Shown: one piece after another, positions 10,663 through 19,958 of the stretch
How positions within the stretch are numbered: the first letter of the stretch is position 1
Layout: each line of letters begins with the position of its first letter
Source: a virus
Lineage: Duplodnaviria; Caudoviricetes
DNA length: 64,000 nucleotides
Strand: one strand, 5' to 3'
IMG/VR virus record: IMGVR_UViG_3300017720_000003
Span: 13,451 to 77,450 of that record
Program-made: the position numbers and the translations under genes
The notes under the pieces: generated by a model
Seen by the model: only the letters and a program-made list of their open reading frames with translations
The model's database searches: none
What the model was told of the DNA's origin: nothing

Positions 10663-13600
10663 TTATTTTATACCGTACTGTTCTTGGTCTTTTTTTCTAG
10701 CTAATCTATTTTCTTCTCTTATTGTTTTAAACCATGATTCTAATTTATAAACTTGAGGGTCTAAACCTCTTATACCATAAGTCATATCTATTGGTTGTGT
10801 AAATTCCTCAGATCTATAATTACCTCCAGTTTTTGTTTCTGAATTGTAAGGTATATATCTATTAACAGTATAGTTAACTGAATAGTTGTTATTATCAATT
10901 CTGCTTATTCTATAGTTAGCAGTTGGTGTTAGCATATCCGGAACTGTATAATCTGCATACCCATTTTCACTAGACATAATATCTGTGTTTATAGCAGAGT
11001 AATATTGATTAGAAGCTGCTTTAACATTTATATCTTCTTTTTGTTGAAATATAAATGATACACCACTTCCAACTGCTTCATTTTCACCTGCATCAGATAA
11101 GTATGTAATATCCTTTGTTGTTAAAGCACCGTATTGAGCACTTGGATCTGAGCCACCTTTAACTTTAGAAGCTAACCATTCAGGGCTAAAAATAACTTGA
11201 TAACCTGCTGTAGTTTTATTACCATCTTGAGATTTACCATAAATAGGTTTGTATTGTAAAGTTGCAATAGGAGCTATAGCATCTGTATTAGACCTTTTAG
11301 GATTGTTATACCAAGTATTTAAATCTTCTTTATATAAGTTCCATGCTTTTTCTGCTATCGGATCACTTATTAAAATATCATCAACATTATCTATACTGCC
11401 TGCAACTATACCATATGCATTACCTTTTTTTTCTAATGTGTTTATTTGCTGTAGTAAGTTACCCAACTCTGCTTCACCTTGTGAATTACCTGTTAAAGGA
11501 TTTATACTATAATTATATGTAGGAGATAACTTTAATCCATCTGATCCATCTCCATAACCAGCTAATATACTATCAACTGTACCGGTAGATAAATCTCCTT
11601 GTGTTCCAATTAATCCTTGTTGAAATAATTGATACAATTTATCATAGTATTCTCCAGCTTCTTTGTTAATTTCTCTATAATCAGGTACTTTATTTCCTGT
11701 GTATACAGTTCTTGTTTTCATTGTAGGTACACCTGCTTCATCTCTACCTTCATATATTTCTGTTTTTGTTTCATCAATCATATACTTTACATCATCAGTA
11801 CCATCCCATCCCCATAAATCTGGATTTTTAATTGTACCGTTAGCTATCATACCTTGTACTGTTTTAAAATACTCTTCTTTAGGTATAATTTGATTTTGAT
11901 CATTCATAATTGATGGAAAACCAGCATCAGCAAGAAGTTTAGCATTTTTATCAAAACCAGATTCCCCTCTACTTTCTAAGTTAGCTTTCATAAGATCATA
12001 GGTTTCTCTATGATTACTAAGTACTGTATTCATTGCTGTATTAAGACCTTTCATTTGAATATCTGTACTATTATTTGGACCAACCATAGCATCATATAAT
12101 TCTTGATAGGGTGCAAAGTTTGCATCAACACCGGTTAAATTTGCATTTTGTTTAGTCTGATTATATGTATCTACAAAAGCATTTCTAGTTTTATCATATA
12201 AACCAGATACTAAATTTCTATTTGCATATCCAGTAATCTTAGCTTCTTCACCTTCACCTTCTATTGTTGGAGCTGTAAGTTTTTCTTTTATTTGTGCAAT
12301 AGTTCCCCTAAACTCTACTTCTTTACCATCTTGAATAACTTTAATACCATAAGTACCATTTTCAGAAGCTGAATCTCCTCTTGGATTTATAATTTGTTTT
12401 GCAGCAAGAATATTATCTACTTGTCTTAAAAATAATGCATTATCTCTACGTAAAAATGCTTCATTATTCATATTAGTAACATCAGTATCTGGATCAATTA
12501 CCCCATCTTCATCTGTAGATGCAACAAATGTTGATGCATCACCAAAAGATACATTAGTACCTTTTAACAATGATCTAAGAGAATTTGGGTCTCCATCTCC
12601 ATCAACAATTTCTCCTTTAAGTCTTGCTAAATCTTCTGCATCTTTGGCTTTCTGAGCTTGTAATAGCATTGCATTTTCTGCGTTAGCTCTTATTTTAGCC
12701 ATGTCATACTTGTATTGTTTTTCTTTTAAAGCAAAATCATTAGCCTCCATAGTATACTCTTGATCACGTGCACTAAAATTAACAGCAGCTTTTTTCAAAT
12801 CTCCACTAATATTGTAGTTCATTAATAAATTATATGCTTTATTAAGTGTTCCTTGTAAACTCTTTGACGGAGTATTTGCTAAAGTTTGTATTTCAACCTT
12901 AGCATCTAATGCAGCTTGCATAGCTTCTGCAGCACTTTGTTGCTCAACCATTGCCTCTTCTAAATCTGAGCCAGGAACAATACCATTATTTTCTTGATAG
13001 TTCTGCCAGTTTACATTTGCATCTTGAGCTTTTTTTAATTCCTTAGTTGATTCTTTAATTTCTGGAGTATTTAACTCATTAATTCTTGAAATAGTTTCTT
13101 GTGCCCATGCTTCTTGACCTTGTTCTACTGATGCAAACTGTCCGGCTTGCATTCCTTGTGATGCAAAATCTCTACTTTTTACAAAAGCATCTTCTTGATA
13201 TGCTCTTTGTACTGTTGGGTTATCTAATAAAGCTGACTGTACAGCCTGTAATGCAGCTCCAGTAATTAGTCTACCATTCTGTTCAGTTATAATCCAATCC
13301 GTATTTGCAGTACCATCTTTATTTTCACCATAATGATTTATCTTCATTTTAAGTGGTGGATCCATGCTTTCTAAATATTCAGTTGCCAATTCAAATAAAT
13401 CTGCATCTCCTATATACTTAGGTAATTGTGCTTGTAAAGCTTTTTGTTCTGATCCATTTATAAAGTCATCCATTCTATATTGCATTCCTCTTACACCAGT
13501 TTCCCAGTATCGTTCATGCATTTTTGGATCAGTTGAATCAAGCAATCTATTGGCATATGCCATTTCATCTCTATACTTAGATGTAAACACAATATCTTTA

Positions 13601-13917
13601 ACTGTTAAATCATCTTGATAAAAAGGAGCGAATACACTTCTTGCATTATCAGCATTTTGCTGTAATGATAAATCCATACCTGATATCTTTTCTATCTGCG
13701 GTCCTATTTGTTCAGCAAACTGATCTCTACGTTCTTTTGTATCTTCTCTTGATAGATCCGCATACACAACTTTATTGTATAAATCATTTGTTGCTTTAAA
13801 ATTGGCATCATACTTATCTGTTCTTGTCTCCAAAACTGCAGACAAAAATTTATAATCCGGAGTAAATGGTTTAATATCCGGTACGTAAGATTTGCTTCCT
13901 TTAATATATGTTGCCAT
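10663..13917 (-). CDS. Putative ejected cargo protein (1084 aa)
   Basis: Large helical protein directly upstream of the vRNAP gene. N-terminal YVPDIKPFTPDY resembles crAss-like cargo proteins. Positional inference. Confidence 0.6.
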   Translation of the reverse strand: MATYIKGSKSYVPDIKPFTPDYKFLSAVLETRTDKYDANFKATNDLYNKVVYADLSREDTKERRDQFAEQIGPQIEKISGMDLSLQQNADNARSVFAPFYQDDLTVKDIVFTSKYRDEMAYANRLLDSTDPKMHERYWETGVRGMQYRMDDFINGSEQKALQAQLPKYIGDADLFELATEYLESMDPPLKMKINHYGENKDGTANTDWIITEQNGRLITGAALQAVQSALLDNPTVQRAYQEDAFVKSRDFASQGMQAGQFASVEQGQEAWAQETISRINELNTPEIKESTKELKKAQDANVNWQNYQENNGIVPGSDLEEAMVEQQSAAEAMQAALDAKVEIQTLANTPSKSLQGTLNKAYNLLMNYNISGDLKKAAVNFSARDQEYTMEANDFALKEKQYKYDMAKIRANAENAMLLQAQKAKDAEDLARLKGEIVDGDGDPNSLRSLLKGTNVSFGDASTFVASTDEDGVIDPDTDVTNMNNEAFLRRDNALFLRQVDNILAAKQIINPRGDSASENGTYGIKVIQDGKEVEFRGTIAQIKEKLTAPTIEGEGEEAKITGYANRNLVSGLYDKTRNAFVDTYNQTKQNANLTGVDANFAPYQELYDAMVGPNNSTDIQMKGLNTAMNTVLSNHRETYDLMKANLESRGESGFDKNAKLLADAGFPSIMNDQNQIIPKEEYFKTVQGMIANGTIKNPDLWGWDGTDDVKYMIDETKTEIYEGRDEAGVPTMKTRTVYTGNKVPDYREINKEAGEYYDKLYQLFQQGLIGTQGDLSTGTVDSILAGYGDGSDGLKLSPTYNYSINPLTGNSQGEAELGNLLQQINTLEKKGNAYGIVAGSIDNVDDILISDPIAEKAWNLYKEDLNTWYNNPKRSNTDAIAPIATLQYKPIYGKSQDGNKTTAGYQVIFSPEWLASKVKGGSDPSAQYGALTTKDITYLSDAGENEAVGSGVSFIFQQKEDINVKAASNQYYSAINTDIMSSENGYADYTVPDMLTPTANYRISRIDNNNYSVNYTVNRYIPYNSETKTGGNYRSEEFTQPIDMTYGIRGLDPQVYKLESWFKTIREENRLARKKDQEQYGIK

Positions 13918-13976
13918 AATTCAAAATTAATATAATTTAATAAGTTTACAAAGTATTCATTATAAACTGTTTAAGT

Positions 13977-16865
13977 TTATACCCCCATCTTTCCACCATA
14001 AAATGGAAATGATTTTGGTAGTTTTTTTATTTCTTTACCTTTTTTTGATTGCACATTTGAACCAGGGTATCCAGGTATTCCACGTTGTTGCATATCAGCT
14101 ACACCCTTTGTTGTACCAATAGCAGGTATACTACTATTACCTAAAGATAAATATCTATCTAAAAAAGCAGCATCTATCTTTTGATCTGCTGGTAAGTTTT
14201 TCCTAAGTTTGGTATATGCATCTAAAAAGGCTTCTTGTTGATCTACTTGATTTGCTTTATATAGCTGTTGACCATTTTCAGTAAACTCAACATCTCCATA
14301 TCCTTGTGGATTAACATTATAATAAGGATATAAAGTATTTAAGTTATATGTGTTAGATGCATTTGTCATCATTGCATTAAAGAGTTCATTGTTTTTAGCA
14401 ATCTTTTCATTATCAAAATTTTGCTTTTCTTGTAATGCAAACACTGTATCATCATATAAACCTTTATCAATAGCTTTATTTCTCATATCAATCTGTGCAT
14501 CCATTTGTGCTTGTTGTGATGCAGCACGGTTCATAATATTTAAATTAGTTCTATTAGTTCTGTCTATGGCTTGTGCAATTGCATTAAGACTTTTACCTTG
14601 AATATTACTTCTTGCTATTGCTTGAGGACCACCAGCAGCACCTAATGCACTAGCCATAGTGTTTTGAGCACCCATAATTGCATTTACTTTACCAGTATAG
14701 TCATCTAATACATAGTCAATTTTTTGTTCTTCTAACTTAGGTGACCAAGGTAAATATAAATCATCTTGTATAGCTGCTAAAGCCATTAAGTTATTTTGGT
14801 CTTGTCTCCACACTTCTTTTATGGGACCGGGTGTAGTTTCTAATTCAGGAATTACAATTTCTTCTTTTTCTTCTGCTTCTGGTATATCAATAAATCCTTC
14901 TTCTGCAGCTGTAAAGTCTATATCAAATCCAGGAGCATTAAATACTTTAGCACCTGCTTTACCATCTAAATCTGATCCAGTTTCACCAGAACCAAAGTAA
15001 GGTCTATATGGTGCACCTACTTTATCATAGAATTTCTTTCTTTCTTCTTCATATAACTTTTGAAACTCTAACCATTGTGGATCATTTTTTCCTTTATTAT
15101 AATCAAACCCTTCTATTTTCTTAGCTATCTTACCAACTCTCCTCATCCAATCATCTTTAGCTTCATCTGATGCATATTGATCTGAACCATACCAACTATC
15201 TTGATTACCTGTAGAATATTGTGTTCCTGGTATATTACCATCTGAATACATACCATAGTCAAAATAACCTATGTCTGATTGATTAATAACCTCTCCGGTT
15301 CCTCTTTCATCTTCACTATATATTGGATCTCCTTCAACATCTGATCCTACAATATCTATTGCACTAGTTTGACTTCTACCCTCTCTACCTTCAAAATTAG
15401 ATGATGCGGGTTTATAATATCTAAGCTTACCTTCATCAGTAAGAGAAAATTCAAAACCTTTAGATTGTTTCTCTTGAATAAGCTTATATGTATCACTACC
15501 CTCTGGAAAATACTTTAACGGATCAAATGATTCTGAACTTGTTGTTGCTTCACCAGTCGTTGTTGCTTCATTATCTTCTGTTTGTGCATTAGATCTTACA
15601 TTTTCAACATTATCCTGAACAATAGTTGTTATTTGATCAGATTGATTATTATTAACATTACCGTAAGTTTCATTAAATTGCTCTTCTGTAATACTTAAAT
15701 CTCCACTAGTATCATTTTGATTGAAAACATCAAAATCTTCTATGTTCATTAAATTCTTTCCATACATTTTGATTTCTGCATCAGACAAGTCTTTGATAAA
15801 ATCTGGTTTTATATTACCATCAAAATCTCTATGTTGATTATTTCTAATTACACTATCAATATATGTAGCTCTATCCACAGGTTGTCCATTAACTGCATAC
15901 ATTGTAGTAGAACTATCTGTATCAGTTTCTGTACCTGCTTGTGCCTTATTCAAAAAGTCTGACATTTCATTACCAAACCTAGCCATAGGCATTATATCAT
16001 TATTTGCTTGAGCAAGTTGCATTTGATTAGCAGAGTCAATTGGTGGCGCTTGCATATTTTGTGCAGACATGCCCTGTTGTTGTTCTGCCTGAGCAAGCAT
16101 TTGTTGCAACATTCTTAATTGATTTTGCTGATCCACAGGTAATTGTTCTATTGCATTATTTTGTGCTTGTTGCATAGATATCTGTTCTACATTAGCTGTA
16201 AACTCTAATGGATCTAATCCTTGTGACATTAAAAAAGGATGTGATGCTAAAGGTACACCATCTTCAAAATTCTTTTTTGCTTCTTGCATAAAAGCTAATT
16301 TAGATAAGTCTTCCATATTTTTCTTTAACATTAACTCTGCACTTCTAGAAGAAATATTATCTGAAAATTGAGAATCTAATTCTGCATAATAGTTATTTAA
16401 TCCAAACCTTTTAGAAATTTGTGCTGGGGTTCTTCTTGATCCGCCCATATCAAATTCAGTCATTTCATCTTTACTAAACCTTAATTTAGGTGTATCAGAA
16501 TAAATAAAAGATTGTTCAGGTAAAAACATAGGTACACCACCTCGTGAATGTCTAGGTCCTGTTATATTGTAAAGACCAAAATCACCATTGTCATTTAAAT
16601 CAGTTAAAACTGTTTCTCCACCTTCTGCTTCTATATTAGCATCTTCTCTAGGTACACTAGATAAACTATATCTTACTGATTGATCATCAGTGTTATTAAA
16701 CATAGTTTGTCCGTAATATTCTTGTGGAGTTGTAACTAAACCATAATCTGCTTGGTCACCTGTCAAATACATATCACCACCGTATTGCATAACTTTATCT
16801 TCAACAACTTTGCCGTCAACTAGTTTAAAACCTTTAGGTAATTTATTTATTTTAATCTTTGCCAT
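13977..16865 (-). CDS. Putative cargo/ejection protein (962 aa) with GG-motif segments
   Basis: ANIEAEGGETVL...GPRHSRGGVP...SFIYSD motif typical of crAss-like cargo protein 1. Q-rich linker and helical C-terminus. Confidence 0.6.
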   Translation of the reverse strand: MAKIKINKLPKGFKLVDGKVVEDKVMQYGGDMYLTGDQADYGLVTTPQEYYGQTMFNNTDDQSVRYSLSSVPREDANIEAEGGETVLTDLNDNGDFGLYNITGPRHSRGGVPMFLPEQSFIYSDTPKLRFSKDEMTEFDMGGSRRTPAQISKRFGLNNYYAELDSQFSDNISSRSAELMLKKNMEDLSKLAFMQEAKKNFEDGVPLASHPFLMSQGLDPLEFTANVEQISMQQAQNNAIEQLPVDQQNQLRMLQQMLAQAEQQQGMSAQNMQAPPIDSANQMQLAQANNDIMPMARFGNEMSDFLNKAQAGTETDTDSSTTMYAVNGQPVDRATYIDSVIRNNQHRDFDGNIKPDFIKDLSDAEIKMYGKNLMNIEDFDVFNQNDTSGDLSITEEQFNETYGNVNNNQSDQITTIVQDNVENVRSNAQTEDNEATTTGEATTSSESFDPLKYFPEGSDTYKLIQEKQSKGFEFSLTDEGKLRYYKPASSNFEGREGRSQTSAIDIVGSDVEGDPIYSEDERGTGEVINQSDIGYFDYGMYSDGNIPGTQYSTGNQDSWYGSDQYASDEAKDDWMRRVGKIAKKIEGFDYNKGKNDPQWLEFQKLYEEERKKFYDKVGAPYRPYFGSGETGSDLDGKAGAKVFNAPGFDIDFTAAEEGFIDIPEAEEKEEIVIPELETTPGPIKEVWRQDQNNLMALAAIQDDLYLPWSPKLEEQKIDYVLDDYTGKVNAIMGAQNTMASALGAAGGPQAIARSNIQGKSLNAIAQAIDRTNRTNLNIMNRAASQQAQMDAQIDMRNKAIDKGLYDDTVFALQEKQNFDNEKIAKNNELFNAMMTNASNTYNLNTLYPYYNVNPQGYGDVEFTENGQQLYKANQVDQQEAFLDAYTKLRKNLPADQKIDAAFLDRYLSLGNSSIPAIGTTKGVADMQQRGIPGYPGSNVQSKKGKEIKKLPKSFPFYGGKMGV

Positions 16866-16867
16866 AA

Positions 16868-19800
16868 TTATAACATTTCTATGTCAGCTCCCGCTGCAAT
16901 TAATTTAGCTAACATTTTAGAATCTACATTTATTGTCTCTCCTCCTTGTTGTGCCTTAGCCATTTCTCTTTTAATAACTTTATCTCTATTTGCTAAATAA
17001 GCTGCTTCACCTTTTTCACCACCATAATCATTCCTAAGCAACAACTCTCCTCTTGGTACTTGAATTTCAGGCAAAGCTATAGGGCTTGGTTCAATCTTAG
17101 ATACTTTTATTGGTTCAACAAAATAATCTTTATTATCTAACTGAGATTGTAAAGCACTCAATTGATTATTTAAATCATTTGATGACCCAACATATCTGGT
17201 TACTCTTAATCCTGAGTCAGGATCACTAGTATCATTATAACCTTTAATACTAGATAGAGGTCTATAATTTACTCCACTACCCACTCTTCCACCTGTATTT
17301 TCCATCATTATAGGAGAACCATTTTTATCATAATCTCCAGTAAATATCATTGTATGTGCAGCACCAGATCCACCAGTAGTACTATAATTAGATACAACTC
17401 TATCACCTGGTTTTAAATCACTAAAGCCAGGTTCCATTAATTGCATTCCTAAGCCTCCTTCATTGCGTTCAATCATACTATTAAGTTGACTATTACCTGA
17501 TATAATAGGAAAGGGTTTGCCCTCTTCTGTTGTTGCACCAGCTTGTCTTAATATACCACAACCATAACTTGTACAGCCATATCCAGCTTGACCACTATCC
17601 GTTCTACTTTGTAACCAGTTTCTAGTTGCACTAGGAATACTATCTAAACCTACAACTGCATCTCCATATGCATCAGTTGTAACATTAAATAGATTTGGAT
17701 TAATAGATGAATTTTCTAATATTTTATTCAGCTGACTTTGTCTTAATTCATCACTATCCGCTTCTTTAGATGTTAAAAAACCACGGTATATTTTATCTAT
17801 ATTTGATTGAAAATCTTCAATCCTTGAGTTTTCAGTTTCTATTTGGTTTTGTAATTCTAATATTTCTGATTCAATCTCAGATCTACTTTTACGTGATCTT
17901 GTAGGTGTTTCACCTTTTTGTTGATATTCTTCTAAGTTACCTGTAAATAATTTTAATGGATTAAATGGATCACCTCCATCTTGCATGTTTTGTAATATAT
18001 TAGCTTGCACACTTTTTGGTAATGCTTTAAAGCCTGGATTATTAGTACCACCATTTTTCATATAGTAACCAGTCACCCTATCGGCATCACTGCCAAACAA
18101 ACCAGTATTAATATCAGGACCTTTACCTTTTTTAAATTGTGGATCTGTTTTAGTAGCATATGCATTATCAGCAATTATATTTTCACGTGCATCTACATAA
18201 CCGCTATCATCAGCATCTTCCTTAAAATCATTTATGTTAGAAATAATACCAATACCTTTTCCAGCTATATCTTCAAAAGCTCTCATTGCATTACTATTAT
18301 ACCCTCTCTTTAAAGCTCCAAATACACCACCAGTATCAACATCTACAGAACCAAAATCCACTTTATCAAATAATGAATCAGCATCTAATTCTGCATCTGC
18401 AAGTAATTGCTGGCTATTAACCTGTGTTTCTGACTCTAAAGGTGTATCACCTAATCCAGGAAACCTTTGTTGTAATTGTGCATCTGCTACAGCTTGTGTG
18501 TCTGCTATGTAATCCGTTTGTAGTTGACCTTCTATATCAAACATATTTAGACCAGAATTATTTGAAGAACCTGCAAATTGCATCTTTTTAAGATTAGGCT
18601 GCCCTCCTTTATCAAAACCAATTTTGTTTTTAAGTGCATCGTATAACCCTTGAGCTGAATCACTTAAACCAGTAATATTTTCATTAAGCCAGTTTTTTCC
18701 TTGTTCAACTACATTATTTATTTCTGATTGATTAGTTTCTATGTTTGGTGTAGGTAAATTAGATACAGCACTATCTACAGTAGGATTTTCTTTTTGATAT
18801 TGAGTTAACCAATTTTTAAAATTATTTATATTTTCCTCACCTAAATCTAAGTTTAATGTATAGTCAGCATCAGCATATTTTTGTGCTTTGTTAGCAATTG
18901 TTTTATTTTTAATATCTCTTAATGATCCATCTTTAAGTCCATCGTTATCTTTATCTTGTCCACTAAATAAAGTTGTACCAAAATCCATTACTGAATTTAC
19001 TAAAGAAGCTGGACTAAATCTTTTACCACTATGAAATGCTGAAGGATTAATATAAAAAGGATTTTGAACTAAACCATCATCTTTATCATTTACTACATCT
19101 TGACCACCATATAAAATATTACCTTCTAAATCTTTTACGGTAGTATTGTTTTTATTAGCAAATTCATATGCTGAATCAATCATTTCATTTCCTGTCTGTG
19201 CTTTAGGTGCATCATGAGTATAACCAGCTTCTTTAAGTCTAAGATGTGTTTCCATATCTTTAGCTCTAATCTTCCTATCACCTTTATACATAAAGTGTGG
19301 CTCAAACTTTTTCTGTTCTCCCCCTTCTTCTTTTTTCCACCCAGCAGCATTTTTTGCAAAATTAGCCATCTTTACTATTCTAGTAGGATATCTATCTTTA
19401 TTAGCCATAACCTTCCTAGCCGCTTCCTGAACACTCATACCACGTGCCTTAGCCCATGCTGTAAACTTACCTTCATTTTCAGGTTTAATCTCTATGCCTG
19501 ACTTAGCCATTTCAATAGGATCTATATTTACATTTAATCCTTGTTGATCTTCTTGTATTTCTTGTTGTCTTGCTAACTGCTGAGGGTCTTGATTTATTTG
19601 TTGTGCAGTAGGATCTGCTGGTTGCTGTTGTTCTTGAATGTTTTGAAACAAAACTTGTAAGTCATTTTCTTGATAACCCAAAGACATAAGTGCTTGTACA
19701 ATAGTGTTTTGATCTACTTCTTGTTGCATTAAACCCATTACAACTTCTTCTGGTTTACCACCTTTATCAATAGACTCTTTAAAAAACACACTAACTTGTT

Positions 19801-19897
19801 GAATAGCTGGATCAACCTGTGGTTGCTGTTGCATACCGGGTTGATTAGGAATCATCTGTCCACCTTGCTGTTTTACACTTATTTTGTTTAAGTTCAT
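16868..19897 (-). CDS. Modular polyprotein-like virion protein with NlpC/P60 (CHAP-like) peptidase domain (1009 aa)
   Basis: GCTSYGCGILRQAG...LKPGDRVV...HTMIFTG...MMEN gives Cys-His order and spacing of the NlpC/P60 fold. Many short modules separated by xQxGG-like motifs. Confidence 0.7.
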   Translation of the reverse strand: MNLNKISVKQQGGQMIPNQPGMQQQPQVDPAIQQVSVFFKESIDKGGKPEEVVMGLMQQEVDQNTIVQALMSLGYQENDLQVLFQNIQEQQQPADPTAQQINQDPQQLARQQEIQEDQQGLNVNIDPIEMAKSGIEIKPENEGKFTAWAKARGMSVQEAARKVMANKDRYPTRIVKMANFAKNAAGWKKEEGGEQKKFEPHFMYKGDRKIRAKDMETHLRLKEAGYTHDAPKAQTGNEMIDSAYEFANKNNTTVKDLEGNILYGGQDVVNDKDDGLVQNPFYINPSAFHSGKRFSPASLVNSVMDFGTTLFSGQDKDNDGLKDGSLRDIKNKTIANKAQKYADADYTLNLDLGEENINNFKNWLTQYQKENPTVDSAVSNLPTPNIETNQSEINNVVEQGKNWLNENITGLSDSAQGLYDALKNKIGFDKGGQPNLKKMQFAGSSNNSGLNMFDIEGQLQTDYIADTQAVADAQLQQRFPGLGDTPLESETQVNSQQLLADAELDADSLFDKVDFGSVDVDTGGVFGALKRGYNSNAMRAFEDIAGKGIGIISNINDFKEDADDSGYVDARENIIADNAYATKTDPQFKKGKGPDINTGLFGSDADRVTGYYMKNGGTNNPGFKALPKSVQANILQNMQDGGDPFNPLKLFTGNLEEYQQKGETPTRSRKSRSEIESEILELQNQIETENSRIEDFQSNIDKIYRGFLTSKEADSDELRQSQLNKILENSSINPNLFNVTTDAYGDAVVGLDSIPSATRNWLQSRTDSGQAGYGCTSYGCGILRQAGATTEEGKPFPIISGNSQLNSMIERNEGGLGMQLMEPGFSDLKPGDRVVSNYSTTGGSGAAHTMIFTGDYDKNGSPIMMENTGGRVGSGVNYRPLSSIKGYNDTSDPDSGLRVTRYVGSSNDLNNQLSALQSQLDNKDYFVEPIKVSKIEPSPIALPEIQVPRGELLLRNDYGGEKGEAAYLANRDKVIKREMAKAQQGGETINVDSKMLAKLIAAGADIEML

Positions 19898-19916
19898 TTC
19901 ACCTATATTATATTAT

Positions 19917-19926
19917 TAATATACAA
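19917..19926 (-). promoter_or_regulatory. Putative late promoter motif
   Basis: Minus strand TTGTATATTA upstream of the 1009-aa gene. Confidence 0.5.
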
Positions 19927-19958
19927 ATTATCTAAGAGATTTGCTAATCTTTAAAGGT

